A DNA stretch of 23,198 nt from an uncultured Verrucomicrobiales bacterium (GTDB lineage: Bacteria > Verrucomicrobiota > Verrucomicrobiia > Verrucomicrobiales > DEV007). This document shows, one piece after another, positions 1 through 8,203 of the stretch. Every line of letters starts with the position of its first letter. Positions within the stretch are counted from its first letter, which is position 1. The translations under genes were made by a program, and so were the position numbers. Below the pieces are notes generated by a model, which searched no databases, was not told the origin of the DNA, and worked only from the letters and a program-made list of their open reading frames with translations. The stretch covers positions 1-23,198 of the forward strand of contig CALKOM010000110.1 in assembly GCA_938091905.1 (NCBI GenBank), read 5' to 3'.

Positions 1-138
1 TTCACCTCAACAGAGGATCTCAGGACCCGAATCATGGACTTCATCGACTACTTCAACACGACCATGGCAAAACCCTTCAAATGGATGTTCAAGGGATTCC
101 CAGCGACAACCTAAACGAACCTACGCCGGTCAGTACTA
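1..138 (+). mobile_element. Right end of an IS630-family insertion sequence; transposase C-terminus at 1..114, partial at the window edge
   Basis: Frame +1 reads FTSTEDLRTRIMDFIDYFNTTMAKPFKWMFKGFPATT* (TAA 112-114). This matches the IS630 C-terminal pattern F.S..DL..RI..FI.YFN...AKPFKW. It is followed by ...GCCGGTCAGTAC|TA, with TA at 137-138 inside a CTAG, the typical IS630 target. Similarity of the adjacent lectin gene to its own repeats stops exactly here. Confidence 0.85.
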
Positions 139-607
139 GTAATTTAAACTGACCATTCGCACTTCCTACCCCTGACTCGGTGAGCTGAAGCGCTCCACCT
201 AGGACTTGAGTGGCAACGGTGTTCCCATGAATGATGGAGCCATCTCCCAACTCAGTCGAGCCATCAGCAAAGGAGTCGAAGTTCTGCGCGTAAGCACCAC
301 CTACTACCGTCGTGACACCGATAAGATCGATGATCCGACGGCGGGCCTGCGGTGACGAATCATTACTCAGGAGGAAGAGCTGCGCCAGCGATTGGCCACC
401 GACGGTGGCACCGGCGTTGTAGTGGATCTCGATTGTCGCCGAGCCCTCCACAGGAATCGTCAGTGGAGAAGGCGTAACAACCTCAAATGAGGCCGCTTGA
501 TCTCCTTCTAAACCAATCTCAGAAATCACCAAGTCTTGAAAGAAGCCATCATTAAAAACCACAAGGCCTTCCACAGCTGAGCTATTAGCGCCTGCACTCA
601 TGCCCAA
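89..607 (-). CDS. Fragment 3 of the disrupted lectin-like gene: ASH/Ig-like domain + start of the fourth lectin-like repeat; last ~15 codons read into IS630 DNA
   Basis: Contains NDGFFQDLVISEIGLEG..SFEV..PLTIP, then YAQNFDSFADGSTELGDGS..GGALQLT, matching the upstream repeats. Similarity is lost after GQFKL. Confidence 0.6.
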   Translation of the reverse strand: MGMSAGANSSAVEGLVVFNDGFFQDLVISEIGLEGDQAASFEVVTPSPLTIPVEGSATIEIHYNAGATVGGQSLAQLFLLSNDSSPQARRRIIDLIGVTTVVGGAYAQNFDSFADGSTELGDGSIIHGNTVATQVLGGALQLTESGVGSANGQFKLLVLTGVGSFRLSLGIP

Positions 608-3098
608 CGACCTCTTGACGCAATCTTCGGATCACGCCCGGCCTTGACCGGAATGCCCGGGGCAATCAGCGATACATTGTCAATCAACACTGTTTCTGTA
701 GCCCCACCCGTTCGAGCAGCAAAGGCAAACCGATCGGTGCCTATAGGCGAGTAGTCGCCGGTGGGCAAATTCGCGAAGATGGGCTCGTCATCGAGTAGCA
801 CTGTCAATTGCCCCACGCCATCTTCCCGTCCCCAGGACACCGTGACTTTGTGAGAACTTCTATCGAACTGAAACACTTCGTTATTGTTCCGATCCGCTCC
901 AGAGTCGACTCGTAGTCGGCCGCCTTCTAAGGTTTCGCCACCAATACTAACATCAACACAAATTTCAAACTCCCCTTCTTCTACCGCATTGGCATTGTCC
1001 CAGGTATCAAACTCAATCGCGAGCCCACCCAAACCTTCCTCAGCACCGGCAGGCACTTCTTCAGCGATGTCACCCAGAGTGAATGAAAAGCCATCCACAG
1101 GGGCATTTCCGCCAGGTGTCTCAAAAAGCGTGTATTCGAAACTTGCCGTAAAGCCACTCGCTTGAGCATCTCCAAGCGCAGGTAAGAGGTAGAAACCACG
1201 AGCACTGGTCACCGTGTCTTCTGTCAATAGAAGTGCGCCTCCTTGCACATTGGCGTCACCCTCTGGTATCCCTGCTATAAAACTACCATCTCCAAGTTCT
1301 GTCGTGCCATCATCGTACCCCGAGAAATCCTGTCTATAGACACCAGTCTCAACTGGAGGCGCCAGGATGACAAAGTTATCCATCAAGATCGTTTCCGAAG
1401 CGCCACCCGTGCGCGCTGCGAACGCGAATCGGTGGTCCGCCTCAGGGGTAAATCCGGTAACTTCAAGGTCCTTAAACAATTCAATATCGCCATAATTCAC
1501 GTTGAGCACTCCTGCGTCATCGCCCGTTTGCTCATAGCGGATAACCACAAGACGCGAAATGCCATCGAATTGGTAGATGTCGTTGTCCTTGGGATCCGCC
1601 CCTCCTTCTACCCGGTTTAGCCATTCTTCCTCTGAAAACCCATCTACACTGACATCCACACCGATGCCGTTGTCAGCGCCTTCACCGTCATTGTTCCAGG
1701 TATCAAACTCGATCGCGAGCCCCTGTCCCCAGCCTTCTTCAGCCGCACCTGCGGGACCGCCATCATCGGGAATCGGCCCAAAGTTAAAGGAAAACCCATC
1801 TGCAGGGGTTCCGGAAGCTTCAAGCGCAAGATCAAAGATAGCCACCCACCCCTGCGTTGATTGCGCCCCAAGTGGCGGCAATTTCCACCAGGCCAAACTA
1901 CTGCCCTGGCCGCTCTCGGTGGGCTGGAATCGACCACCAGAAACTTCAGCGACTCCATTGTTAATAAAGATGAGCGAGCCATCCGCGAGATCAGTCTCGC
2001 CATCTGCAAAGGCATCAAAATCCTGTGTGTACACGGATGTTCCAATCGATGCCGGAATCACATTAGCAGTGACACCGACTACGATCAATTGACGACGCTC
2101 GTTAGAATCGTTCGTCATCAGCGTGACATCCGTTCTGAGCGGACCAAGGGCATCGCTACCCGATGCTCTGACACGAATCTCCCCCATCTCACCTGGAGCA
2201 ATCGCAAGGGGCAGTTCCGTGAGGATCTCGAAGCTATCTGGATTCGTACCGCCAAGCGTCGCACTGCTGATGATAAGATCGTTCGTTGCGCCACGATTCG
2301 ATAGGGCGATGGCACCTTCACCGGTCTGCGACACCTCGATCGCGTCTAATGAAACGCTCGCGGCAACTTCGACAAACGGATCACTTAAGATAGGTGGTGA
2401 AGCTGGACTATTGAGGGCAATGTTATAATAAGCACCGTCTCAGCAGCACCGCCTGTGCGTCCGCTGATCGCCAAGATATCCTCAGCGCTTGGGACATAGT
2501 CAGAGACCGGAAGATTCTCGAAGACGAATCTCTCATCAATGATCACATCAACCTCTCCCCCGCCCTCGATCGCCCGCCAATGCACCTCCTCCGGCCGACT
2601 CAACCCATCAAACTTGAAAAGGTCGTTGTTATTGCGATCGGCAGCAGGGGCAATGCGCGCCCGGCCACCCTCTGCCGTGAGGCCATCGACACTCACATCG
2701 ATTCCAATTCCGAACTCGTCCTCCTCGGCAGCAGCCCCGTTATCCCATGTATCAAATTCGATCGCGATACCTACATTGTAACCCTCTTCCGCAGCCCCAG
2801 GAGTCCCAGATGTGGGATCAGGATCAATCGGTCCCACATTGACTGAGAACCCATCTGCAGGGGTATTTCCACCCTCATCTTCTAGCAAAGCCAAATCAAA
2901 CCTCAGCGTAAACGACTCGACGCCATCAAAGTTCAAGAGAGGCGATTTAAACGTTCCCTGAGAATCAAGTCCGTCCTTCGACGTCAGCTGCAGCGCTCCG
3001 CCTGTGACGAACGTTTGACTCGTCGTGCTATTCATGCCCGAACCGTCTTCGAGATCGGTAGCCCCCTCATCGGCACCGTCGAAATTCTGCCTATATCC
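139..3098 (-). repeat. Four diverged protein-level repeats of about 225 aa (approx. 3098-2405, 2035-1360, 1340-660, 295-139 truncated)
   Basis: Each starts Y.Q(N/D)FD...DG.T.L.DGS, followed by GG.L.LT. The three complete copies also contain DGFS, AIEFDTW and RTGGA.ET. Confidence 0.85.
598..2334 (-). CDS. Fragment 2 of the disrupted lectin-like gene: ASH/Ig-like domain + two L-type lectin-like repeats; true frame extends upstream to about 2426
   Basis: Two copies of PADGFSF..AEEG..GLAIEFDTW.N..FAFAARTGGA.ET, resembling the legume-lectin motifs ADGF and VEFDT. Confidence 0.65.
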   Translation of the reverse strand: MSQTGEGAIALSNRGATNDLIISSATLGGTNPDSFEILTELPLAIAPGEMGEIRVRASGSDALGPLRTDVTLMTNDSNERRQLIVVGVTANVIPASIGTSVYTQDFDAFADGETDLADGSLIFINNGVAEVSGGRFQPTESGQGSSLAWWKLPPLGAQSTQGWVAIFDLALEASGTPADGFSFNFGPIPDDGGPAGAAEEGWGQGLAIEFDTWNNDGEGADNGIGVDVSVDGFSEEEWLNRVEGGADPKDNDIYQFDGISRLVVIRYEQTGDDAGVLNVNYGDIELFKDLEVTGFTPEADHRFAFAARTGGASETILMDNFVILAPPVETGVYRQDFSGYDDGTTELGDGSFIAGIPEGDANVQGGALLLTEDTVTSARGFYLLPALGDAQASGFTASFEYTLFETPGGNAPVDGFSFTLGDIAEEVPAGAEEGLGGLAIEFDTWDNANAVEEGEFEICVDVSIGGETLEGGRLRVDSGADRNNNEVFQFDRSSHKVTVSWGREDGVGQLTVLLDDEPIFANLPTGDYSPIGTDRFAFAARTGGATETVLIDNVSLIAPGIPVKAGRDPKIASRGRWA

Positions 3099-3449
3099 AG
3101 GCACATCCGGCGTGTCCGTCTCGATACCAGGATTGGTGGCCTGCGCGCCTGCTAGAACCTCGCCATCACCATCAGGATCACCAAGCTCGAGGCCATTTGG
3201 GACGCCATCTCCGTCTGAACCTAACGCCGCGAGTGCGGGCGACCAGAATTCCTCTCGACCACCTCGAGTGACACGCTCGTTCACAGCCTCACCAAACAGC
3301 GTGCGCGTGCCGCCGCCGTTCGGACGAACATGGCAGCTTGCACAATTGTCCTCGCGACCATTCGGCATCATGGCGCCGCGGAAATTTCTAGCAAGAGAAG
3401 ATGACAGCACGCAGGCATAGGCCAACGCAGCGACAACAAATCGATTCAA
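2385..3449 (-). CDS. Fragment 1 of the disrupted lectin-like gene: signal peptide, CXXCH/temptin-like domain, first lectin-like repeat
   Basis: Hydrophobic N-terminus; PNG..CASCH..GGGTRTLFG..FW..LAALGSDGDGVPNGLELGDP; then PADGFSV..AIEFDTWDN. Confidence 0.65.
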   Translation of the reverse strand: MNRFVVAALAYACVLSSSLARNFRGAMMPNGREDNCASCHVRPNGGGTRTLFGEAVNERVTRGGREEFWSPALAALGSDGDGVPNGLELGDPDGDGEVLAGAQATNPGIETDTPDVPGYRQNFDGADEGATDLEDGSGMNSTTSQTFVTGGALQLTSKDGLDSQGTFKSPLLNFDGVESFTLRFDLALLEDEGGNTPADGFSVNVGPIDPDPTSGTPGAAEEGYNVGIAIEFDTWDNGAAAEEDEFGIGIDVSVDGLTAEGGRARIAPAADRNNNDLFKFDGLSRPEEVHWRAIEGGGEVDVIIDERFVFENLPVSDYVPSAEDILAISGRTGGAAETVLIITLPSIVQLHHLS

Positions 3450-3485
3450 GGTTATAAATAGGGGTGCAACAATTAGGGTTCCCAA

Positions 3486-3515
3486 AGCCTACGAAAGCTA
3501 GCAGACCCGGAGCAA
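3486..3515 (-). promoter_or_regulatory. Putative sigma70-like promoter for the lectin-like gene
   Basis: Minus strand TTGCTC-N18-TAGGCT. Shares the 11-mer GCTTTCGTAGG and the same spacing with the element at 19929..19958. Confidence 0.5.
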
Positions 3516-3528
3516 TAGAAAACGCGCG

Positions 3529-4017
3529 CTAGACAAGCTTTGCTAGCACCTCGGTCACGATGGCCTCTGGAGACTGATCAATCGACACGCGTATAGCATC
3601 CTGAGGCTCTTGCAGAGTTTCTAACTGGCTGACCAGCAAATCCGGTGGCATAAAATGACCAGTGCGAGCATCCATTCGCCGCTGGAGCACCTCTTGGGTC
3701 CCATGTAAGTAGATGAACTTCAACTCAGGGTCACCCGTGCGTAGCACATCGCGATACGATTCCTTTAGGGCCGAACAACCGACAAAGCACCAGTCCTTAC
3801 GCCCTGCACTCTCGCGAATGGCCTCAGCCAAAGACTCCAACCACCCTTGGCGATCCCCGTCACTCAGAGCCGTTCCCGAACGCATCTTCTCCACATTCGC
3901 TTCCGAATGATAGGCATCACCCTCAATAAACTCACCACCTTTCGCCTCTGACAACGCCTCTCCCACTGTGGTCTTGCCACACCCACACACCCCCATGATG
4001 ACGTAAATCTTGCTCAT
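3529..4017 (-). CDS. gntK: Gluconokinase (GntK/IdnK family)
   Basis: IYVIMGVCGCGKTTVG P-loop, FIEGDAYH..ANVEKM..G..LSD.DR..WL, CSALK..YR..L and HFMP..L..SQLETLQEP are all GntK hallmarks. ATG 4017 (MSKIYVIMG) is preferred over the ORF-track start 4056. Confidence 0.93.
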   Translation of the reverse strand: MSKIYVIMGVCGCGKTTVGEALSEAKGGEFIEGDAYHSEANVEKMRSGTALSDGDRQGWLESLAEAIRESAGRKDWCFVGCSALKESYRDVLRTGDPELKFIYLHGTQEVLQRRMDARTGHFMPPDLLVSQLETLQEPQDAIRVSIDQSPEAIVTEVLAKLV

Positions 4018-4069
4018 AGCCTTGCGAACCATGGTAGAGGATAATGTCGATTCCAAGGTGATTCTGCCG

Positions 4070-4099
4070 TTGCCGTACGTCGCCCCTTCCCGCTAAGCT
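4070..4099 (+). promoter_or_regulatory. Putative sigma70-like promoter for the sulfatase
   Basis: TTGCCG(4070-4075)-N18-TAAGCT(4094-4099), ending 13 nt before ATG 4113. No Shine-Dalgarno sequence. Confidence 0.4.
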
Positions 4100-4112
4100 C
4101 CTCTCGCTTCCC

Positions 4113-5477
4113 ATGAGATTTCTATTCGCCGTTCTCCTCCTTGTCCTCACGCTTTTTACAAGCGACGCCCGCCCGCCCAATGTCGTCATTATCTTTCTGG
4201 ACGATGCCGGCTGGGCAGATTTCGAACCCTTTGGAATTCCCCCTTACAAAACACCCCATGTCCGCCAGCTTGCCGAGGAGGGTCGCCGATTCAATCAGTT
4301 CTATGTCCCTCAGGCGATCTGCTCTGCATCCCGCGCAGCGCTTCTGTCAGGATGCTATCCTGGGCGCACCAAGGTCTTTGGCGCCCACGGCCCCAATGGG
4401 CGCGGACTCGATCCCAAATTCATGAACATCGCGGAGATGCTCAAACAGAAGGACTACAAAACAGGAATATTTGGCAAATGGCATGTAGGCGATCAGCCGG
4501 ACACCCGTCCAGCAGCACGCGGATTTGATGAATCGGCTGGACTCATGTATTCCAACGACATGTGGGAGTTCCATCCAGAGAACCCAGACTACTGGGGTAA
4601 GTTTCCTTTACAATACTACGAGAACAACAAAGTCACCATCCCACGCGTCACCAAAGAGCATCAACCTCACCTCACTACTTGGTCCACAAAGAAAGCGGTC
4701 GAATTCATTGGTCGTCACAAAGAGGAGCCATTCTTTGTCTATGTCCCCCACTCCATGCCGCACGTGCCGCTCTTCGTGAGCGAGAAATTCGCAGGCAAGT
4801 CTGGCGCAGGTTTGTTAGGAGATGTGCTCATGGAAATTGACTGGTCCGTCGGCCAAATAAATCAGGCGTTGAAAGACAATGGTCTTGAGAACGATACTCT
4901 ACTCGTCTTCACCTCTGACAATGGCCCCTGGGTCTCCTACGGAAACCATGCAGGCGCCACGCCTTTCCGCGAAGCGAAAGGCACGAGCTTTGATGGAGGC
5001 ATACGCAGTGCCTGCTTGGCAAAATATCCTGGCAAACTCGCGGCGGGCAGCGTCTCCGAGGCGGCTTGGTGTACGATCGATCTCCTGCCCACGATCGCGC
5101 ACCTCACGGAAACACCACTGCCCAAGAACACGATTGATGGCAAGAACGTGTGGCCACTCATCACCGGCGCGAAGGATGCCAAGACGCCGCAACCCTATTA
5201 TGCCTTCTCCAACGGCAGAGACTTCCAGGGCGTCATCAGTGGAGATGGGAAATGGAAGCTTCACGTCCCCCATACCTACCGCACGCTGGTCAAACCAGCA
5301 AACGATGGACAGGCCGGGAAATACCGGCAATCAACCATTGCGTTAAGCCTCTTCGATCTTGAAAACGACCCCTACGAAACCACTAATGTGGCAGCGAAGC
5401 ACCCAAAGGTCTTCGAAAGTCTTCAGAAGGTCGCCAATAAACACAGAGCCGAGTTCTACCCTCCGAAGAAGAACTAG
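4113..5477 (+). CDS. Secreted Cys-type formylglycine-dependent sulfatase (arylsulfatase A-like, family S1)
   Basis: Signal peptide; PNVVIIFLDD; CSASRAALLSG (Cys at 4320); GKWHVG; PHVP; FTSDNGP; LFDLENDPYE. Confidence 0.95.
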   Translation: MRFLFAVLLLVLTLFTSDARPPNVVIIFLDDAGWADFEPFGIPPYKTPHVRQLAEEGRRFNQFYVPQAICSASRAALLSGCYPGRTKVFGAHGPNGRGLDPKFMNIAEMLKQKDYKTGIFGKWHVGDQPDTRPAARGFDESAGLMYSNDMWEFHPENPDYWGKFPLQYYENNKVTIPRVTKEHQPHLTTWSTKKAVEFIGRHKEEPFFVYVPHSMPHVPLFVSEKFAGKSGAGLLGDVLMEIDWSVGQINQALKDNGLENDTLLVFTSDNGPWVSYGNHAGATPFREAKGTSFDGGIRSACLAKYPGKLAAGSVSEAAWCTIDLLPTIAHLTETPLPKNTIDGKNVWPLITGAKDAKTPQPYYAFSNGRDFQGVISGDGKWKLHVPHTYRTLVKPANDGQAGKYRQSTIALSLFDLENDPYETTNVAAKHPKVFESLQKVANKHRAEFYPPKKN

Positions 5478-5510
5478 ACAGGCCTAGGATGCAGTTCCTA
5501 AACTGCTCGC

Positions 5511-6830
5511 ATGAAATGCACCCTCTTCCTGGCTTCATACTTAACGATCCTGACGTCCGCCACTCTCGTAGCAGCAGAGAATTGGCCTCAGTTCCGTGGT
5601 CCCGAGTTTAATGGTTCCTCTCGCGAAGCAGAGCTCCCAACCACATTCTCCAAGACGGAGAATGTCAAGTGGATTGTGGACATGCCAGGAACAGGATCCT
5701 CTACCCCGGCGATCTGGGGTGATCGCGTCTTTGTCACGTCCACGAATTCTAAAGCAAAAGCGCTAGAAGCATTCTGCCTTGATCGTAAGACAGGCAAAGA
5801 GCTTTGGAAACACTCGCTCAAGTCTGCCATCGAGCAAGACAATCGAAGCAACTACGCCGCGCCTTCTCCAGCAACCGATGGCGAACGTGTCATTATCTTC
5901 TACGGCACGGGTGATCTGTTAGCGTTTGACATGGATGGCAAGGAGCTATGGAAACGCAATATCCAGAAGGACTACGGTACCTTTGCCTTCCTCTGGACGT
6001 TCTCTAGCAGCCCCGTTCTCTACGACGGCCGCGTCTACCTTCAAGTCTTACAACGCGACGAAGCCGTGGGCGACAAAGGCTTCCAGAACAAGACAAATGA
6101 TAGTTATCTTCTCGCACTGGATGCATCCACCGGCAAAGAAATCTGGAAACATGTTCGCCCATCAGAAGCGGTGGCCGAGTCTCGCGAAGCCTTCACCACC
6201 CCGATGATCTTCAGCCAAGATGGAAAGACGCAACTCGTTGTCTCGGGCGGCGATTGCATTTCTGGTCATGACATTGCAGCCAAAGGCAAAGAGCTTTGGC
6301 GTTGGGGCACATGGAATCCAAGGAAGATCGGTCACTGGCGCTTGGTTGCTTCCCCATGCGTCGCTGAAGGTGTCGCTCTGGCATGCGCACCAAAGAACGA
6401 GCCAATCTATGCGGTAAAGTTAGGAAAGGAAGGCAATCTAGATGACAGCGCCATCGCGTGGATGAAAGAAGAGAAAGGCGTCACGGCAGACGTTCCTACC
6501 CCGCTCTACTATGGCGGACGTTTCTATGTCCTCGATGGCAATCGCTCTGAACTTTCCTGCCTCAAGCCTTCGAGCGGCGAGGTTATCTGGAAGGAACGCC
6601 TTGGGCGGACCAAATTCGAAGCCTCTCCCTCCGGTGCGGATGGGAAAATCTATATGATGGACCACGGCGGCAATGCCTACGTGGTCAAGGCTGCTGACAG
6701 CTTTGAGCTCCTCCACAAGACGCCGATGAGCGCCGAACGCGCTCAGTTTATCCGTTCAACCGTTGCCATTGCCCAGCGGAATCTGTTTATTAGGACCAAC
6801 GAGAAGCTCTTCTGTATCGGCCGTAATTAG
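5511..6830 (+). CDS. Secreted PQQ-binding-like / BamB-like beta-propeller repeat protein
   Basis: Signal peptide, ENWPQFRGP, repeated (A/C)LD..TGKE(L/I)W, SSP motifs and terminal LFIRT..KLFCIG. This family is expanded in Planctomycetota and Verrucomicrobiota. Confidence 0.9.
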   Translation: MKCTLFLASYLTILTSATLVAAENWPQFRGPEFNGSSREAELPTTFSKTENVKWIVDMPGTGSSTPAIWGDRVFVTSTNSKAKALEAFCLDRKTGKELWKHSLKSAIEQDNRSNYAAPSPATDGERVIIFYGTGDLLAFDMDGKELWKRNIQKDYGTFAFLWTFSSSPVLYDGRVYLQVLQRDEAVGDKGFQNKTNDSYLLALDASTGKEIWKHVRPSEAVAESREAFTTPMIFSQDGKTQLVVSGGDCISGHDIAAKGKELWRWGTWNPRKIGHWRLVASPCVAEGVALACAPKNEPIYAVKLGKEGNLDDSAIAWMKEEKGVTADVPTPLYYGGRFYVLDGNRSELSCLKPSSGEVIWKERLGRTKFEASPSGADGKIYMMDHGGNAYVVKAADSFELLHKTPMSAERAQFIRSTVAIAQRNLFIRTNEKLFCIGRN

Positions 6831-6909
6831 GGGAATTGCAAGCGGACGCATCATAGCGGAGATTTCTTCGAAGAAAGTAAGTCGATCGAGCGTCTAGAAC
6901 TCCGATGCC

Positions 6910-8157
6910 ATGAAATCACCCTCTCGCCTCTCCTCTGTCGCCCTCTTAATCGCCGCTGCTGCGGTTTCCCTTCCCTGGATTGTCGTTCTCCAGAAAGCGG
7001 ACAAGCTCACTCAGCATCAGTCTGACAAAGTTCAGCATCCCCTGTCTGGCTCTGGCAGCCTGATTTCAGGGTCTGTCCGGAGCCCCCGGCCTGTCCCTCC
7101 TCCACGAGCGACTCAGGTGGTCACCAGGCCCTCTCGAACCCCCGTCACCGTTGTTCCCGCCGTCCTACTAGAGGACGCGAACTTTGCAGCCGAAGAGGCA
7201 GCGCTCGCAGCTCAGGCAGCAGCGCAGGCAGCTGAATTGGCTTTGCTAGAACAACAGGCGCAAGAAGTCGACGGCATGCTCCTAACGCAGCAACTTGCCT
7301 ATGGCTCAGGAGAGGTTGAAGTCATCTATGATGAGACCGTGATCTATGAGGAAGTCCCGGTTTACTATGATAACAATCCCTCTGTGATCTGGTTAGGCGA
7401 CAACACGCATCACCCTCTGGCACCGAATCGGCCCCATCCTTTTGGGCCCGGGAAACCTCACCGCCCCAAGAAAGACCCCAAAGATCGTCACGGAGGATTC
7501 CAGACTGACATTCGCAATGGTGGCTTCCAAACAGACATACGTGATGGCGGCTTTAAACCAGACATACGCAATGGTGGCGTTCAAGCGGACTTGCGCGATG
7601 GACGTCAACGCCGAGATCAGCAGCGCGATCAACGTGCTTACGAGGAGCGCGAGAGCGAGAACCGCCGGAAGGCGATGGCCCGTGAACAAACCGCTCAACG
7701 TGAACGAGTCCTAGCAGAACGCGAGCACAAACAAGTAGTGCAACGCCAACAGCAGAAGGAGGCTCAGCGACAGCGCCGCGCTGACCTTGTCGCCCGCGAA
7801 GCGCAGATTGCCGCTCAACGCCAGCGTCAACAACAGATCGACGCTCAGCGAGCTCAGGCTCAACAAGCCGCTCGTGCCCGCGAACAGCAGGCTGCAGCTC
7901 AGCGTCAGCGGCAAGCGGAGGCGCGCCAGCGTCAGGAGATGGCTGCGCGGCAACGCAAACAAGAATCTCAGCAACAACGCGCTGCGCAGGCAGCAGCCCG
8001 CCAGCGTCAAGCCGATGCAGAACGTAGTCGTCAACGCCAAGCCCAGACACAGCAACAGAGCCGCATGCGCCAGGCTGAACAGCAAGTCCAGCGACAGCGC
8101 CAAGCGGTTCAGCAGCAGCAACAACGCAGTCGCGGCCCTTTCCGCGGAGGTCGGTGA
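6910..8157 (+). CDS. Hypothetical low-complexity protein with an N-terminal hydrophobic anchor and a long Gln/Arg/Ala-rich coiled-coil-like C-terminus
   Basis: 415-codon ORF filling the gap between two genes; hydrophobic VALLIAAAAVSLPWIVVL; codon-phase repeats diverging mostly at synonymous positions. Confidence 0.75.
   Translation: MKSPSRLSSVALLIAAAAVSLPWIVVLQKADKLTQHQSDKVQHPLSGSGSLISGSVRSPRPVPPPRATQVVTRPSRTPVTVVPAVLLEDANFAAEEAALAAQAAAQAAELALLEQQAQEVDGMLLTQQLAYGSGEVEVIYDETVIYEEVPVYYDNNPSVIWLGDNTHHPLAPNRPHPFGPGKPHRPKKDPKDRHGGFQTDIRNGGFQTDIRDGGFKPDIRNGGVQADLRDGRQRRDQQRDQRAYEERESENRRKAMAREQTAQRERVLAEREHKQVVQRQQQKEAQRQRRADLVAREAQIAAQRQRQQQIDAQRAQAQQAARAREQQAAAQRQRQAEARQRQEMAARQRKQESQQQRAAQAAARQRQADAERSRQRQAQTQQQSRMRQAEQQVQRQRQAVQQQQQRSRGPFRGGR
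7492..7599 (+). repeat. 4 x 27-bp in-frame tandem repeat (GGFQTDIRN, GGFQTDIRD, GGFKPDIRN, GGVQADLRD)
   Basis: Units start at 7492, 7519, 7546 and 7573; many differences are at third codon positions. Confidence 0.9.
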
Positions 8158-8203
8158 GCCAAGCCTGAGGCGAGTTTAAGAACCTGCCCCAAAACCTCTT
8201 TAA

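Larger units (their letters stand above)
137..3449 (-). pseudogene. Disrupted large secreted protein: signal peptide + temptin-like CXXCH domain + 4 L-type (legume) lectin-like repeats + 2 ASH/Ig-like (choice-of-anchor D-like) domains
   Basis: ORFs 2385..3485, 598..2334 and 89..607 join into one repeat-structured protein. Restoring one base between 2426/2427 gives ETVLI-D-NIALNSPASPPILSDPFVEVAASVSLDAIEVSQTG, in frame with the next ORF and matching the other repeat ends ETVLIDNVSL and ETILMDNFVI. A second frameshift lies at about 610-630. The fourth repeat is truncated by IS630 at about 137. Likely start is TTG 3449 (MNRFVVAALAYACVLSSSLA). Confidence 0.8.

Noticed and set aside
598..2430. Programmed frameshifting or phase variation at the lectin-gene breaks
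   Set aside because: There is no slippery heptamer or homopolymer run at either break, and the gene is also truncated by an IS.
7492..7599. CRISPR-like array
   Set aside because: The units are directly adjacent, in frame, lack spacers and diverge at silent positions. No cas genes are present.
7393..8179. Overlapping ORFs 7393..7698, 7553..8050, 7711..8124 and 7787..8179
   Set aside because: Shadow frames of the Gln/Arg-rich gene; the Leu-rich antisense product simply mirrors CAG/CAA codons.
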